DNA of 64,000 nt from the human T2T-CHM13v2.0 reference genome, Homo sapiens: assembly GCF_009914755.1 (NCBI RefSeq), contig NC_060937.1. The stretch is one strand, 5' to 3'. Position 1 is the first letter of the stretch; every line of letters starts with the position of its first letter. Under the pieces are notes generated by a model. That model did no database searches. It saw only the letters and a program-made list of their open reading frames with translations, and had not been told where the DNA came from. Below, in pieces: positions 44,543-58,391 of this stretch. The translations under genes and the position numbers were made by a program.

Positions 44543-45282
44543 TGAGACTCACTTTTAGAATACTGATTTAAACATCTAGAAATGCTTTATCATTTACCAC
44601 TTTAACAAGCTAGTGGAAAATTAATAAAGAGCAATAAGTAGTCAGAATTCATGACTCTTTCCAGTTATTTTTTCCAATGCTATCAAATACCAATGCTCAT
44701 TCTGAACACCATTAGGCAATACAGTGCAAACAAGAAGGTAGAAAATCACCCTAAACCTTGTTATCTGTGATATGTGCAGGTGACATATTGATGAACATCC
44801 TTTTAGTCATTCTTCCATGAATTAGTGGGAGATGACACTGTTCAGGCACTTTTGTAGCCTACTTGTTATTCAGTATTACATTGTGAGCATCTTTACAGGT
44901 CAACAGATATTTACCTAGTAGTAATTGTTCTAAGATGGTTCCTAAAAGAGGTGCTGTCAGCCCATTTCAAGAGGAATATATATGTATTGCTTTCAGTTCT
45001 CTATAAAAAATGTAAAGCCAAATTGCTCTAGTGTTTCTACCCAAGAGTAAAAATAGTTCACTCAGTTGGGAGATGGTATAAGGAGAGTCTGGCAGCCTCT
45101 GTGGGGAATGTATGGCCACTTAGCCAGGGAGGCGGAAGTGTGCTATTCTGTGCCATTCCTTCTTTACTTGGGGCAGAGGACAGAGCTTTGTTGGATGATA
45201 ATGTGGTTATGAATTCTGAGGGTTTTAATTCATCAGACTTTGCTTGTTTGAAGCCCTCAGCTGGACAGTCCTGTTAGACTTC

Positions 45283-45572
45283 AGCTGTCCAGTATGGCAG
45301 CAGTCAGGGACGTGAGGTTAGTCTGCGTTAAGATGTGCTGTAAGTATAGAATGTACACCAAATTTCAAAGACTTGGTACAAAAAAAACAATGTAAACTAA
45401 TTCATTTTTCTTTGTATCTATTAATTACATGTTGAAATGCTAATATTTTTGCTATGTCTAGTTAAACATACTAAAATTAATTGCATTAATGTCTTGTTAG
45501 CTTTTTTTAAGTGTGGCTTATAGAAAATGTTAATTTATATGGCCCACATTATATTTCTATTGTACAGTGCTA
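45283..45572. mobile_element. MER33-type hAT-Charlie fossil
   Basis: GCTGTCCAGTATGGCAGC...ATGTGCTGTAAGTATA...TATATTTCTATTGTACAGTGCT. Confidence 0.75.
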
Positions 45573-45927
45573 TATTAGACCTTAAACAGAAGGAAAGTTT
45601 CTTATTACAGATAAGAGAGATGTACACTCATCAAAGAGTCAGAACAGTGACATTTATTTTCTCTCTCTAAATATACCTGACACTGTGGCCTGTCACACAT
45701 GCCCAGATATGTATATACACACAGACATTTCTGTACACTTACAAGGAAAAAATAAATGCTGCCTATGGGAAAATGGCTCTGCTGGGTGTTTTCCCCCATT
45801 GATTCTTCATAGTAGTATCTGTGTCACTATTTGTAATGAGTGCAGTTAGTACATAGTGTTATACTATTGGATTTAACCAGTGGTCGTCTTAAAAATGCCC
45901 ATGTATGTTTAGCTTTCACCATCCTAA

Positions 45928-46170
<243 letters not shown>

Positions 46171-47072
46171 TAAGAACATGTGGTAGAATTGATAATTCCC
46201 TGGGCACAAAGTAGAGTTTAAGGTAACGAATAACTTATGTGATAATGATAATTTGAATGTGTGTTTATTCAGCAGTATATTTGTTGGCTGTCCGCTGTTA
46301 ACGACTGTCAAGCAGTATTTTAGCTCTGGGGCTAAATTAGTGAACAAAGCATCAAAAATAGCTGCCTATGTGGAGGTTACATCATTATATATATTATAGT
46401 TGGGATAAACAGACTCTGAACAAAATAAAAAACTGTAGATGTTGCATGTTAGAGGTTAATGGATGCCATGAGCAAAATGAGGTAGAAAGAGAAGGAGGGA
46501 TTTCTAGAGTGGTGCACAGGATTAAATAGAGTGGCACTGGGCTTAGCCAGGACTCAGATTTAGGGTAGCCAGGCTGCTGTGAAGCTCCCTCCTCAGAAAC
46601 GTCCCTCTTTAAGTTGTCTCTCCTCTGCCTCCTTTCTTCCCCGCTTTTCTCACCCACACCACAGTTTCTTCTGCTCACCACATCTCCTCAGCATGGCCTG
46701 TCCACACTGGTGCTATCAGCATAAGCCTGTGATGATGTACCACTTCAAGTGCTACATCCTTCTCTAGGTTGAGCCCACACTCTTAGGATGGATCCTAACA
46801 TGACCCTCTTTCTAGTTCTCTTCAGCCTCACCAGGTATTTCAAGGCCTCTTGGCCTCCATCTTTGGGTGTACTGCACTCTGCCTCGAAGTCCTGTCTGCC
46901 ATGTTGTGGCCTTGCAGACTCCTGTACATTCTCTAAGAGGCGGCTTATCTGTCAGTTCCTCTGATGTCTGACAATATCATCAATGTTTATGTGTTTAATG
47001 AGCTCTGGAGAGGACAAGAATGATACAGCACTCATCTTATGAATTGGTGGCCTCCATATTCTTCCCATAAAA

Positions 47073-47250
47073 CAGTAATTCCCAACCTGGCTGTACCCTA
47101 GAATCATCTGAGAGTTGTTTAATAAATAACAATCTCTGGGACAGTCCTCAGAGATTCTGATTTAATTGGTCTGTCATGAGACCTCAGCATCTTTTTTGCT
47201 TGAGTTCCCCTGGGGTTTATAACATACAGTTGGGTTGAACACCACAGCCA
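47073..47250. mobile_element. MER5-type fossil
   Basis: CAGTAATTCCCAACCTGGCTG...TAGAATCATCTG...CAGAGATTCTGATTTAATTGGTCTG...GGGTTGAACACCAC. Confidence 0.75.
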
Positions 47251-47590
47251 ACAGCCATCTTGTTTAACCCAGCAGTGTTTGAAAGAAAATGTCATTCACA
47301 TGCTTTTAGATATCTGCTTTGTACGTTTATATTACGCCACAAAGCCCACACCAGTCTCTCTGCCCACCACATAATGAGAACACAGTGATTTTTGTGGAAT
47401 GAAGCCTTCATGTAATGCAAGCAGTTTGAGTCAGACTGTTTAGTTCAGGTCTTCAAAAAAGATTTTAAAATGAGTGTTAGAACACAAGACATTAACACCA
47501 GAGGGTCTACAGGTGATCGATCATACTGGTGGGCGGCTAAGGTTTCAGATAGTGAGTGCTACACTACTTGTTTTTGTTTCTTAATTTTAG

Positions 47591-47706
47591 GTCTGAAAGC
47601 TAATAACATTGACTACACAGTTCATTCAGTCAGAAGAGCTCTAGAAAACACTGCAGTGAAGGCTGACAATATAGAAGTATTTGCTCAAGGACATGGTATT
47701 ATTCAG
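47591..47706 (+). CDS. TPP2: TPP2 exon 12 (116 nt)
   Basis: ttttag|; [38 protein letters not shown]; donor CAG|GTATTG. Confidence 0.97.
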
Positions 47707-48227
47707 GTATTGTTGCCTATATGAAAAATGGGTTGTAAAGCATCATTGAGATAATATCTTAGATATTATTGGGTAATATTTTGTTTTATAACAGTGATTC
47801 AGTATATCTGAATTATGGATTATATGGCCATAGAACTACAAGCAAAAAGGATACACAAACAAATTTTGTAGTTAAGACAAATCTGTTGCACTAAGATCAA
47901 GAAATGTAATAGATGGAGGCCATGTAGAGGTTAGAAATTCAAAGAAATCGAGGTCAAAAACTGGCCAATCATAACGGCATAGGGATTAGTTCCTAAATTT
48001 GGTCACTTGAGAATAACAGTGTGAATAGAGTGGAGTGGAAGATGTGACTGGTGTTGTTTCTAAAAATGTAGAATTGTCCTCTTAGTTGGGGTACTAGGTA
48101 GTTTTGAGAGGTGAATATAGACACTAACTTTTTGTTTTACAACTGAAATCAAATTGATTGGTAATTTGCAACAAAATATTTTTTGACCCAACCATTTATA
48201 TCTTACCATGTATATTATTTTCACTAG

Positions 48228-48396
48228 GTTGATAAAGCCTATGACTACCTCGTTCAGAATACATCATTTGCTAATAAATTAGGTTTTACTGTTACTGTTG
48301 GAAATAACCGTGGCATCTACCTCCGAGATCCTGTTCAGGTGGCTGCACCTTCAGATCATGGCGTTGGCATTGAACCTGTATTTCCGGAGAACACAG
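48228..48396 (+). CDS. TPP2: TPP2 exon 13 (169 nt)
   Basis: tcactag|; [56 protein letters not shown]; donor CAG|GTCAGT. Confidence 0.97.
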
Positions 48397-49085
48397 GTCA
48401 GTAATAGGCTGGCAGTAAGCTGACGTATTCACATTTGCTGTTTGAATGAGTGGTATCATAATAAAGAATTGCTGTTTGGGCCAGTGTTGTGAAGAGAATA
48501 CATGAATTGACAGTATGATTATTTTAAATCTTAGTCATAAGAGAAAATATTAGAGCAATTTGGGGTCCTTGTACAATGGCAATTTAGTTAGCATCTTAAA
48601 CTACCAGGGAAAACAGTAGAATGAGCCTCAGTGACCCACAGCTTTATTAAATTGTGGATAATAAAATATCAAATTTCTTTTCCACTTTACCTACTTAGGT
48701 ATAAGACAGAGCTTTCTGTTGAAGAATGAAAAGTAGAAGCAGTCTAGGAGAACTGCAGCTCGATTAGGTGTGAACAAAAATAATCATCGCTATTATCTGG
48801 CTGTCTTCATTTCAGTTGAATACTATGACCTGTGTGCAGTAATGAAAACATTCACTTAAACTCTTTATTTTAAGGTCATACCAGTGCTTGGTGAAAGTAT
48901 AAATGAATCATGAGTAATCTAAATTGTAAGGAAGATTATTTGACTGTTTTATTTAAGCTGTGTTTTGGATGCATTTTACAGCCAACCAAACTAAGTCGCT
49001 AAATTTTTTTGGAAAGATGTAACATTTTTAAATGGAAAAAAGGAAAAAAATACTCATCTTTAATTTTTGGTCTTTTTCGTGCCAG

Positions 49086-49243
49086 AAAACTCTGAAAAAA
49101 TATCCCTTCAGCTTCATTTAGCTCTGACTTCAAATTCATCTTGGGTTCAGTGTCCCAGCCATTTGGAACTCATGAATCAATGTAGACACATAAACATACG
49201 TGTGGATCCCAGGGGCTTAAGAGAAGGATTGCATTATACAGAG
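49086..49243 (+). CDS. TPP2: TPP2 exon 14 (158 nt)
   Basis: gtgccag|; [52 protein letters not shown]; donor GAG|GTATTG. Confidence 0.97.
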
Positions 49244-49545
49244 GTATTGATGTATCTTCATTTTTACTTTCTTCACTCTTTAAAATGTTTAAAAGGTTAA
49301 AAAAAAATCCAAAGTATATTTGCAATATATTGCTTTCTTGCTAAGAAATAACTAGACCTATCCATCTGCCAGGTTATTCAGTTCTTCTGGTGTGTCTATA
49401 TTCATTTAAGCAGTGAGTTTCTAAAGAATCATATTTTGTCCTTGTATGAATAAGTAAAAGGAAAGAAGAGGTACAGCAGAACCTTTCAATTAGATCTCCC
49501 TCTAACTGGTGTTTTCTTTTGTCAGCTAAACAAAGCTGCAGTTGC

Positions 49546-49584
<39 letters not shown>

Positions 49585-49869
49585 TAAGAGACAGAGTCTT
49601 GCTCTGTTGCCCAGGCTGGAGTACAGTGGTGTGATCGTGGTTCACTGCAGCCTTGAACTCTTGGGCTCAAGTGATATTCACACCTTAGCCTCCTGAGTAG
49701 CTAGGACTAGTGGCGTGCACCACCAAGCCTGGCTAAATTTTTTTATTTTTGTAGAGACAGGATCTCTCTATGTTGCTCAGTCTTGTCTTGAACTCTTGGC
49801 CTCAAGTGATCCTCCTGCCTTGGCCTCCCAGGGCTTTGGGATTACAGGTGTGAACCACCACACCCAGCC
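49546..49869 (-). mobile_element. AluJ-like element with (GTT)n microsatellite tail
   Basis: About 12 GTT units at 49546-49583 followed by antisense Alu. Confidence 0.92.
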
Positions 49870-50257
49870 AGTTATACCTTTTAGTACTCAGATGAAGAAA
49901 GCATCTGTTAAACAAATAGTTGTAAACCAGGCATAGAATAGTATCACAACAGTATCTCCACATCTAAAGTTGTCTGTAGTACTAGTTTGAGCTAATTTTT
50001 CAGTTGGGAGTAATTAAAATGCACTTATTTTGTACCTGACGTCTCATTTTCCCATTTCAACTGGTCAAATGTTGCTATACATTTGTTTGGGCTGTTTGCT
50101 ATTAATTATGTGACCTAGTGTCAGGAAATTGGTGTCAACCTCTGGTTAAGACCTTGATTAAAAGTAGATTGATTTATTCTGTCAGTAGTTTAGACCTTCC
50201 CCCCCTCTTTTAAACATTTGTTTATGGATATTGACACTTACCAATTCTTTTTTCAAG

Positions 50258-50334
50258 GTATGTGGCTATGATATAGCATCCCCTAACGCAGGTCCGCTCT
50301 TCAGAGTTCCGATCACTGCAGTTATAGCAGCAAA
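50258..50334 (+). CDS. TPP2: TPP2 exon 15 (77 nt)
   Basis: Acceptor tttttcaag| (AAG type); [25 protein letters not shown](K); donor AAA|GTAAGT; needed for frame continuity. Confidence 0.95.
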
Positions 50335-52278
50335 GTAAGTAACAGGTTACTCACAGCTTACTGGTACATCTAAGATTTTAATGACTATTCATGGAGTCTT
50401 GTGGACTTTTAATGATCACTAATACAGAACCAGGTAATGGGGATTTTGTCTTAGTTCTGCTCCCAGCTAGCATTTTTAGGTGTCATGTAGTCAGCCATAC
50501 TGACTCTTGTGTGCTCTGAGAGTAACTGATGGCACCTGGCATCTGCCCTACCTCTGCATCAAAACTATTTCCACCACAGTCACTCTGAGCTCTGCATTGC
50601 CCAGTTCAGAGGATAACTCAGGCTTCGTCTGACCCGATCCCACTGCAGTATTTGACAATATTACTTCACTCCCCTCCATTCCTGCCCTTTTTGTCTCTGT
50701 CGTTTTTGGGATTTACTCTCTTCTCTTAATGCTTCCACTTTTCTAGTTATCTACTGTAGAAGCAGAAGTTAAGAAACTCGTAACTTCCCATCTTATTCCT
50801 CTGGAAAAATCAGCAGATTATATTACTTCCTGCTTAAAGTATATCAGTGGCACCTCCAAAGGTCAAGTTCAAGCTCCTTAAAATAGCAAACAATGCTCCC
50901 TCACAATTATAGCCCTAGCCAGTGTTTCCTGTCATTCCGTACACCAAATTACACATTTTGGCCAACTCACTGATTTTGGCACTTGAGGATTCTCAGGATT
51001 TGTGCATGTGCACAGCTGATAACTTGGTTTCAATTTCCTGTCTCTTCAGTTAATGACCAGGTGCATTCCTGGTCATCCCTGGGTGAAGGGAGTCCCTTCT
51101 TTCTGCTTCGTGGCACATTTTACGTGCCCCTGGACAGACTTTAGCCAATATATTGTAATTTTTTATTTAACTTACACTCTTTCACTGTGAGCCCACCGAA
51201 GGCACAGAGACTACTGTTATACAGGATGTATAAAATAAATTATCTAGTGGATGAAGGTGAGATTGGGATTGTGAGAGTACTGGAAACCAAGTGGAAATTC
51301 TAAACTAACAGTTCTGTTACTCTGGTAAATATTAAGTATGCAATAGATCTCAGCCCATGAGAAACACAGGATGAAATTGAGGAGAATAAATTTAAAAAGT
51401 GGTATACACGTGGAAAAATTGTGCAACAGTTAAATTCTCAGCCGTATATTCCCTCGAAGTCCAGTAGTAATTTAGACCAGGTAATGTGTAAGACCTTCAG
51501 GAGTCAGCTGCCACGCGATCTCCTTCAGGAAGCTTCCCAGGCTCCGTAACTCTTCTTGTCTATCTGGAGCATCTTATGTTAAATGTCTCTGATGATGATT
51601 CTCTCCATGCTAGATTGTCTAGGTTAAAGAATCATATTTTCTTCTTTGTTACGTTTCTAGCTCCTAATAACGGCCTCATGTAGTAGGCACTCATTTAACC
51701 GTTTGTCCTACTGACAAGAATTTGTCTCTAGCATAAAATTTGTTTCCGTGGTGGGTAGTTATGCATTTGAACTTTATTTCATTGATTTCTTACAAAAATG
51801 CTTTGAAAGTAGTTTGCCTTTCTTTACTGTTTTACATCATGGGAGTGTTTTGAAGCTACAGGAGGAGCTTAATTTAACACAAGTCTCATAGCTATAATAC
51901 CAGTGACATAAAACTTTATCATTGATTTTAATATCTAGGACTCACTGTAGTTTGGAATCTGGTAATTGGAAAATTCTGTGAATGTTGTAGAATGCCTTTA
52001 ACAAAAAAGAGAATGCTTTTTTAATAGTGTGTGTGAATGTATCTTACAAATCATAAAATAGGCAAAAAGTAGAATCATCTATACTCTGCTATTCAGAGGT
52101 TATCTCTGCTAACCTACTGCAAAAATTGAACAATATCGTACCTACTGTTTTGTAACCAGCTTCTAAGTCCCTGTGTTTATTTCCAATGAATTGTTATTTT
52201 GCGTTTATCCAATGAAATCTAGAGTATCTGTGGTCTTATAATAAATATATACATTTAATTACTTTTATTAATTTTCAG

Positions 52279-52385
52279 AGTAAATGAATCATCACATTAT
52301 GATCTAGCCTTTACAGATGTACACTTTAAACCTGGTCAAATTCGAAGGCATTTTATTGAGGTTCCTGAGGGTGCAACATGGGCTG
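52279..52385 (+). CDS. TPP2: TPP2 exon 16 (107 nt)
   Basis: ttttcag|; [35 protein letters not shown]; donor CTG|GTAGGT. Confidence 0.96.
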
Positions 52386-52627
52386 GTAGGTAAAATTAAA
52401 ATCTGTGTGACCGCTTATCTCTGTTTACGTTCTAATGACTATAGCTGTATGAGGTTCGTTTATCTGTAACATGTATTTCCCTGGTACTAATATATGTATT
52501 TGGGTACCTTAGACTTTCTGTAAAGTTCAAAACGTTTTTAAGATCTAGTACAATTTTGCATTGGCCCATACAGGAAATTAAGCCATCTTAAGATGTTTTT
52601 AATATTTAAGGTTTGAGCTTAGTTTAG

Positions 52628-52955
<328 letters not shown>

Positions 52956-55224
52956 TAATTTTTAAAATACTACAAATCAGTTTAAACAATGCAGCTGTTG
53001 CTTAAACCTCAAACTGTTAAACTCTCAGAATTTTAGAAATAGAGCTTTAATCTTTGAAGCTCTGTTTATAGAAGATTTTCACTTCAGTGTCTCTGAAATT
53101 TTGAGAGTAAATGATTGCCTAACACAAAGCTCTTGAATTAACATGTTATAGTCCTGTGAGAGTGCTCATGTCATTCTTTTTTACAAGAGCTGTGGGTGTA
53201 CCATATTTTCCTTCACAAGTTGTGTGTCCTAAATTTACAATTTAGCAGTCAGTATAGAAGGGTATGTCAGTTGTCAGAGCTCACTCCCATTGATAGAAGG
53301 AAGCAAATACGGGCAGTCAAGAAAGTGTCACCCAATTTAAATTAGTAGCCAGCATTGTTGATACTTCTTGGATTTGGCCCCTCTGCTAAGCACTTTACAG
53401 AGATTATCTTGTCTAGTCCCGTCAGAACCCTATAAGGTAGATAGGTGTCATTAGTAAAAATGGCTTGTATTTTACTTAGGAGTGTGTTTTTTGTACTTGT
53501 ATGAAAGTACAGATATATTTACATCTGAGACTTTATTGAAAATGAAATATTGAAATCACACATGTATGACCTGGTTTGGGAATAACTGGTTGTATTTGGT
53601 TCCCCATACCATTTTCTGGTCATCTATCTGTATGCTGTCCATCTGTTTGTCACCTGGTATCACAGGAAATACCAGACTTTTCTTGTTTTTTGTAATTAGG
53701 TAAAGGCAAAATAATAGCAAAAGCTGAGAGCTAAAGCAGTGAATTGAACAGCACCCAATATAGCCTGTTAATTTGCACACTGGGTTATAATGGAGCTATT
53801 GCAGCAGTGAGAGGCTTCTGAGGATAATCGGGTTGTACTACACTCATTCATTAAGCATATTTTTCTGTACCATCTGTGCCAGGCCCTTTTCAGTGGGCTA
53901 AGGTGGTGAGCTACTTAGACAAGGACCCTGCTTCCAGAGGCCTTAAGAGCATCTAGTCCAAGATATTGCAGTTAAGAGAACTGGATTAGGGGGAGGCAGC
54001 ACAGAGTAGCGGCAAGGCCACGGGCTTTGGAAATTGAGAAGTCTGGGTTTGGATCCACACTCTGCCATACACTAATGGTTACCTGGGGGCAGGTTTCTAA
54101 ATTTTCTGGACTTCTGTTTCAACTGTAAATATAGTTGTTAGTCTGTTGTAAGGATTAGGGATTTTATAGTACTTGGTACATAGCTTGTCTTCGTTGGGAT
54201 TACGCTCACACTTGACAGTACTTCTAGAGGGTGGAGTCAGAGTTGCTGTGTTCAGCATTCCTGGGGTCCCATTCTCATAGGGCCCCTGGGACTTGTAGAG
54301 CTCCAGGCTCTGGTAAAATGTGCACTGGTAAATTAAAGAATACAAATCTATGGTTAATTAATACTGAATTGGGTACTTGTTTAGTGATAAATGGCACTGA
54401 TTTATGATTGGTTTAGGTTGGTATTGAAAATAATTTGTTTTTTTAAATAAAAATTATCAAATGATCTAGAATGCAAGTAGTTAAGAGAATTTAACAGTCT
54501 TAGTTTTATTTCAAATAATTAGAAATATTGTCATAACACTAGATTTTGTGTTCTTAGCAACTGACTAGGTTCTGAGAGCTCTCTGCACACCTGGTTTTAT
54601 GAGCCACGGCATTGCGCCTTGCTTCAGTTCCCTTGAATTAGCTTGGGTGTTCTTTAGAAAAGCTGCCAATCTGGCATTGCGGTGATCTTGGCTTACCTCC
54701 AGCGCTGGCTCAGAGTAAAGTTAAGCATAAGTAGTCGTGCCAGGCTTTGTAGACGCACACAGTACACAAGTAGACCAAGAAGAGAGATTAGGAAAAGTTA
54801 TCAATGAGGAATTGAGGCATGATAACAAATAGAGGTTTCCAAAAATATAACCTTCCTTACTTTATCTGGAATTGACTGGTTTTCAGCTAAAACAAGGAGG
54901 GATTTTAAAAGGTACCCGATTAATGTAATTGTGTATGCATCTATGGACAGCTTGCTGTTTCCAGGTGTTTGCAGCCTCATGGTGGTGGTTCATTTTAATA
55001 CCAGTTTCTTTCGTTCCCATAGAAAATCTTCTAGTCTTCTACCTTTATTAATATTTTGTTGATTCTTTGTTTTTATGGAAATATGCAGATTTGAGTGTAC
55101 ATTTTATTTTTGATCCCTATTATGTCCCTACATGGGAATTATTCCCTAAGTGGGCATTATTAAAGCCACTTTATGTCAATTTTAGGTCTTATAAGTTTAA
55201 AGCTTTGCTTCTTTCTTATTTTAG

Positions 55225-55379
55225 AAGTGACAGTGTGTTCGTGTTCTTCTGAGGTGTCAGCAAAGTTTGTTCTACATGCAGTCCAGCTTGTGAAGCAAAG
55301 AGCATATCGAAGCCATGAATTCTATAAGTTTTGTTCTCTTCCAGAGAAAGGAACACTGACTGAAGCTTTTCCTGTCCTA
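55225..55379 (+). CDS. TPP2: TPP2 exon 17 (155 nt)
   Basis: attttag|; (E)[51 protein letters not shown]; donor CTA|GTAAGT. Confidence 0.96.
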
Positions 55380-56561
55380 GTAAGTTTAATTATAGTTTAT
55401 AATCCTAACACAATTTATTTGCCTTTTTGGTATGGGCTAAGACTAAGTATTTGCATTTGATTTTATAGTTTGTATTTAGCATGTTGGGATTATATATTTT
55501 TTTAATGCCAAAAAAATGAAGTAGAAAAATAGAAAATCTAATCAGGGTACTTGAAATCAAGTTGGAGGTAATTATGGCTGTAATTCTTGAATAGCATAGT
55601 CAAAGAAACATACTAGTCTGGTAGATTCTCGTGCCTTGTAGTTAGGACCCTGATTTAGATTATTCTTTGTTGTACTATAGATTAATTTCTTTAAGACCTG
55701 TTTGCTTGTCACTTAACTTATTTTACTAATGCTGTGTTGTTAAGCTATGAGGCTAATTTGCATTATAGGAAAACTGCTACTGCTTCATGTCTAAGTTATC
55801 TCAGATGATGGCAGACTGCATTCTTATCTGTGGTGTTGGAAATGATGACTAGTCTTTCTTCCATAGAAGGTGAAAGTACTGATGTTCTTCCTTCAGTGCG
55901 CTCCTTTGTGTTTTCAGTTGGTTCTGGGATTTTCCCAGTATCTCTTGGTTTCTGGTTACTTTCATTTGTGTTCTTCCATGGATCAGTGTTGCTTCATCTT
56001 TTTAAACTTTTAAATCACTGATTATTAGAAAACTTACTTTAAAACTCAGTGCTAAGAGCAGGTGTTTTTTTTTCCTTTTCCTTATCTTTATTTTTTAATA
56101 GGGAGAAAGATGTAAATGACCATAATGTCATTTTGTTTTGGTTGCCAGGTAGCTGTGAGCCCAAACTCAATTGTGCCTATTGAGTATGCCTTACAAAGTT
56201 GAAGTATCTTTATTGTGTCGTTATACTTGATTATTTTTCTTTTGGTCCTAATTTTTTATTTCGCTTCGAAATAATAAAATCACATTTGCTTTATTATATG
56301 TGCTTTCAGAAGCTGCCTAGGATCTTTTATGACAAGAAGCATAGGGTTATGAGTAAATAACTATGTATATTTAAATACACCATATCTCTGCAAATGATTT
56401 GTCTAACTCTTACTTAGCATAGCTGTTAAAATTTTTGAGTTTTCTTGCTACAAACAGGAAAAGTTTGAAAACATAGAATTGCTCTGAAACAGCTAGTATT
56501 TATATTCTGTAATTTGAGAAAAATAAGAAAAGAGATATATTTTATTTACTTTTATTTGCAG

Positions 56562-56678
56562 GGTGGAAAAGCAATTGAATTTTGCATTGCTCGTTGGTGG
56601 GCAAGTCTCAGTGATGTCAACATTGATTATACCATTTCTTTCCATGGGATAGTGTGTACTGCTCCTCAGTTAAACATT
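56562..56678 (+). CDS. TPP2: TPP2 exon 18 (117 nt)
   Basis: tttgcag|; GGKAIEFCIARWWASLSDVNIDYTISFHGIVCTAPQLNI; donor ATT|GTAAGT. Confidence 0.97.
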
Positions 56679-56913
56679 GTAAGTTCCACAACATTTTCAT
56701 GATTTTTAATGTCAGTTACTTGTGTTACTGGAGAGTAACTTCATTGGTTAGATTTAAACTTTAATGAGGGGAAATTACCTGTGGTTCTGAAGATAGCAGT
56801 AGGCTTTGTGTGTGGGTACTTATAAACTTTATATTGGACACATTTATTTTAGGTACAAAATATTGCTTATTTTTAGTAAAGTTTGAGAAAGTAATTTGAG
56901 AAATCCTTTGTAG

Positions 56914-57014
56914 CATGCATCGGAAGGAATCAACCGCTTTGATGTTCAGTCCTCCTTGAAATACGAAGATCTGGCTCCCTGCATAACTTTGAAGAACTGG
57001 GTCCAAACACTGCG
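56914..57014 (+). CDS. TPP2: TPP2 exon 19 (101 nt)
   Basis: ctttgtag|; [33 protein letters not shown](R); donor GCG|GTATCA. Confidence 0.95.
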
Positions 57015-58294
57015 GTATCATTCAATGTTTTAGGAACTACAGATATTGAATATAGATTGGGGGGATCTCTTACACTCTTAAAAAAGGGCCTTTTTTTTTT
57101 TAATCCACCTGCATGCTAGAGGTGAGAATTTTATCCTTGCCAGCAGATCTCTGCAAGGCAGCCCCAGTATCAGCTTCTAGCTTCACTGTCCCACCTGACC
57201 AGCAAAGTCAAGGATGGTGGATAGCCGATCCCAGTCATGACTAGTTAGGATCAATGGACATTAACCTTTTTATTTCTTGCTGTAAAATAGCAAGTTAACA
57301 TTCTCTCTGATATTATTTTGTGAATCCTAATGCAGTCATTTTTAGAAACTGCAATACCATTAGAAACTGTTTATTAAATGGTAGAAACTTAAGTACTGTA
57401 GCCTGCTGTTTGTGCCTCAGCAGCTCCCCTTACAAAAGCAGGGCACCTTGACCTGTGTTCACATACTCACTGTGTTATAAAGATACCTGGTTTCTTTTGT
57501 TTAATCTGACCTTAACTCATCGGCATGAAGCCTAGTCTTAAGTGTATTAAAATAACCAATTAGGGACAATAGTCAGTGACACGGTGATGTCTAAAGATAT
57601 ACTGCTTCCTAGAATTATCAATAAAAATTAAAACATCCAGCTTTTGAAGATATATCCAACTTATATCATCCTGATGTTTTCTTCCTAAATCTAAAAAATT
57701 GGAGCTAAATTTAGAGTAGATTATGTTTCACTGACATTTTAAACTATATTTAAAACTTACTCTTCAGTGTCAGTTTTCTCCTTTATAAAATCTGTACATT
57801 AGCAACTTCCTTCAGAGGACTACTAAAAATATGAAATAACATTCCCTCGGCCAGGAGGAGGGCTGAGTGTGGCCCCTGCCATCTGGTGAGCAGCAGGGGT
57901 CTGGGGAGGTCTGTGCTGCACACAACACAGTACTGTCAACAGTTTGCACAAGGGGTACAAATCAGAACCTGTCTTGCAACACTTTTAGTCACCCTAGTGT
58001 TAGGATTTGGTTGTATTGAGAGCTGTTTGTTCACATTTGAAAATGTTTTTGCCATGAAAAGATTGCCTTTGTCATATTTATTGCAAAATCTAAACTGTAT
58101 GTATTGATATGATTCAATCAAATAATTATGTAAGTTAGTGATTAAAATATTGTAGAGTATACTGAAAAGGATAGCTCTCAGGAAGGTTCATCTGCACTTT
58201 TTGCAATATGTTACAGATTTTGTTGCATATGGTTTTATTTGTCTCATTCAATGAACTCTTGAATCAAACCAGTTATGTAGTTTCCTCATTACAG

Positions 58295-58391
58295 CCCAGT
58301 GAGTGCAAAAACAAAACCTTTAGGATCAAGAGATGTTTTGCCAAATAACCGTCAACTTTATGAGATGGTCCTGACATATAACTTTCATCAA
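58295..58391 (+). CDS. TPP2: TPP2 exon 20 (97 nt)
   Basis: cattacag|; PVSAKTKPLGSRDVLPNNRQLYEMVLTYNFHQ; donor CAA|GTAAGT. Confidence 0.96.

Noticed and set aside
54600-54770. Segment with TGAGCCA/TGGCTCA inverted ends and repeated GGCATTGCG as an H/ACA-like RNA
   Set aside because: I could not build a two-hairpin fold with properly placed H and ACA boxes; the short matches are compatible with chance.
56761-57021. Antisense ORFs overlapping exons (56761-57021, also 28217-28531 and 34876-35073)
   Set aside because: Short shadow frames opposite real exons, with no promoter, splice or domain support.
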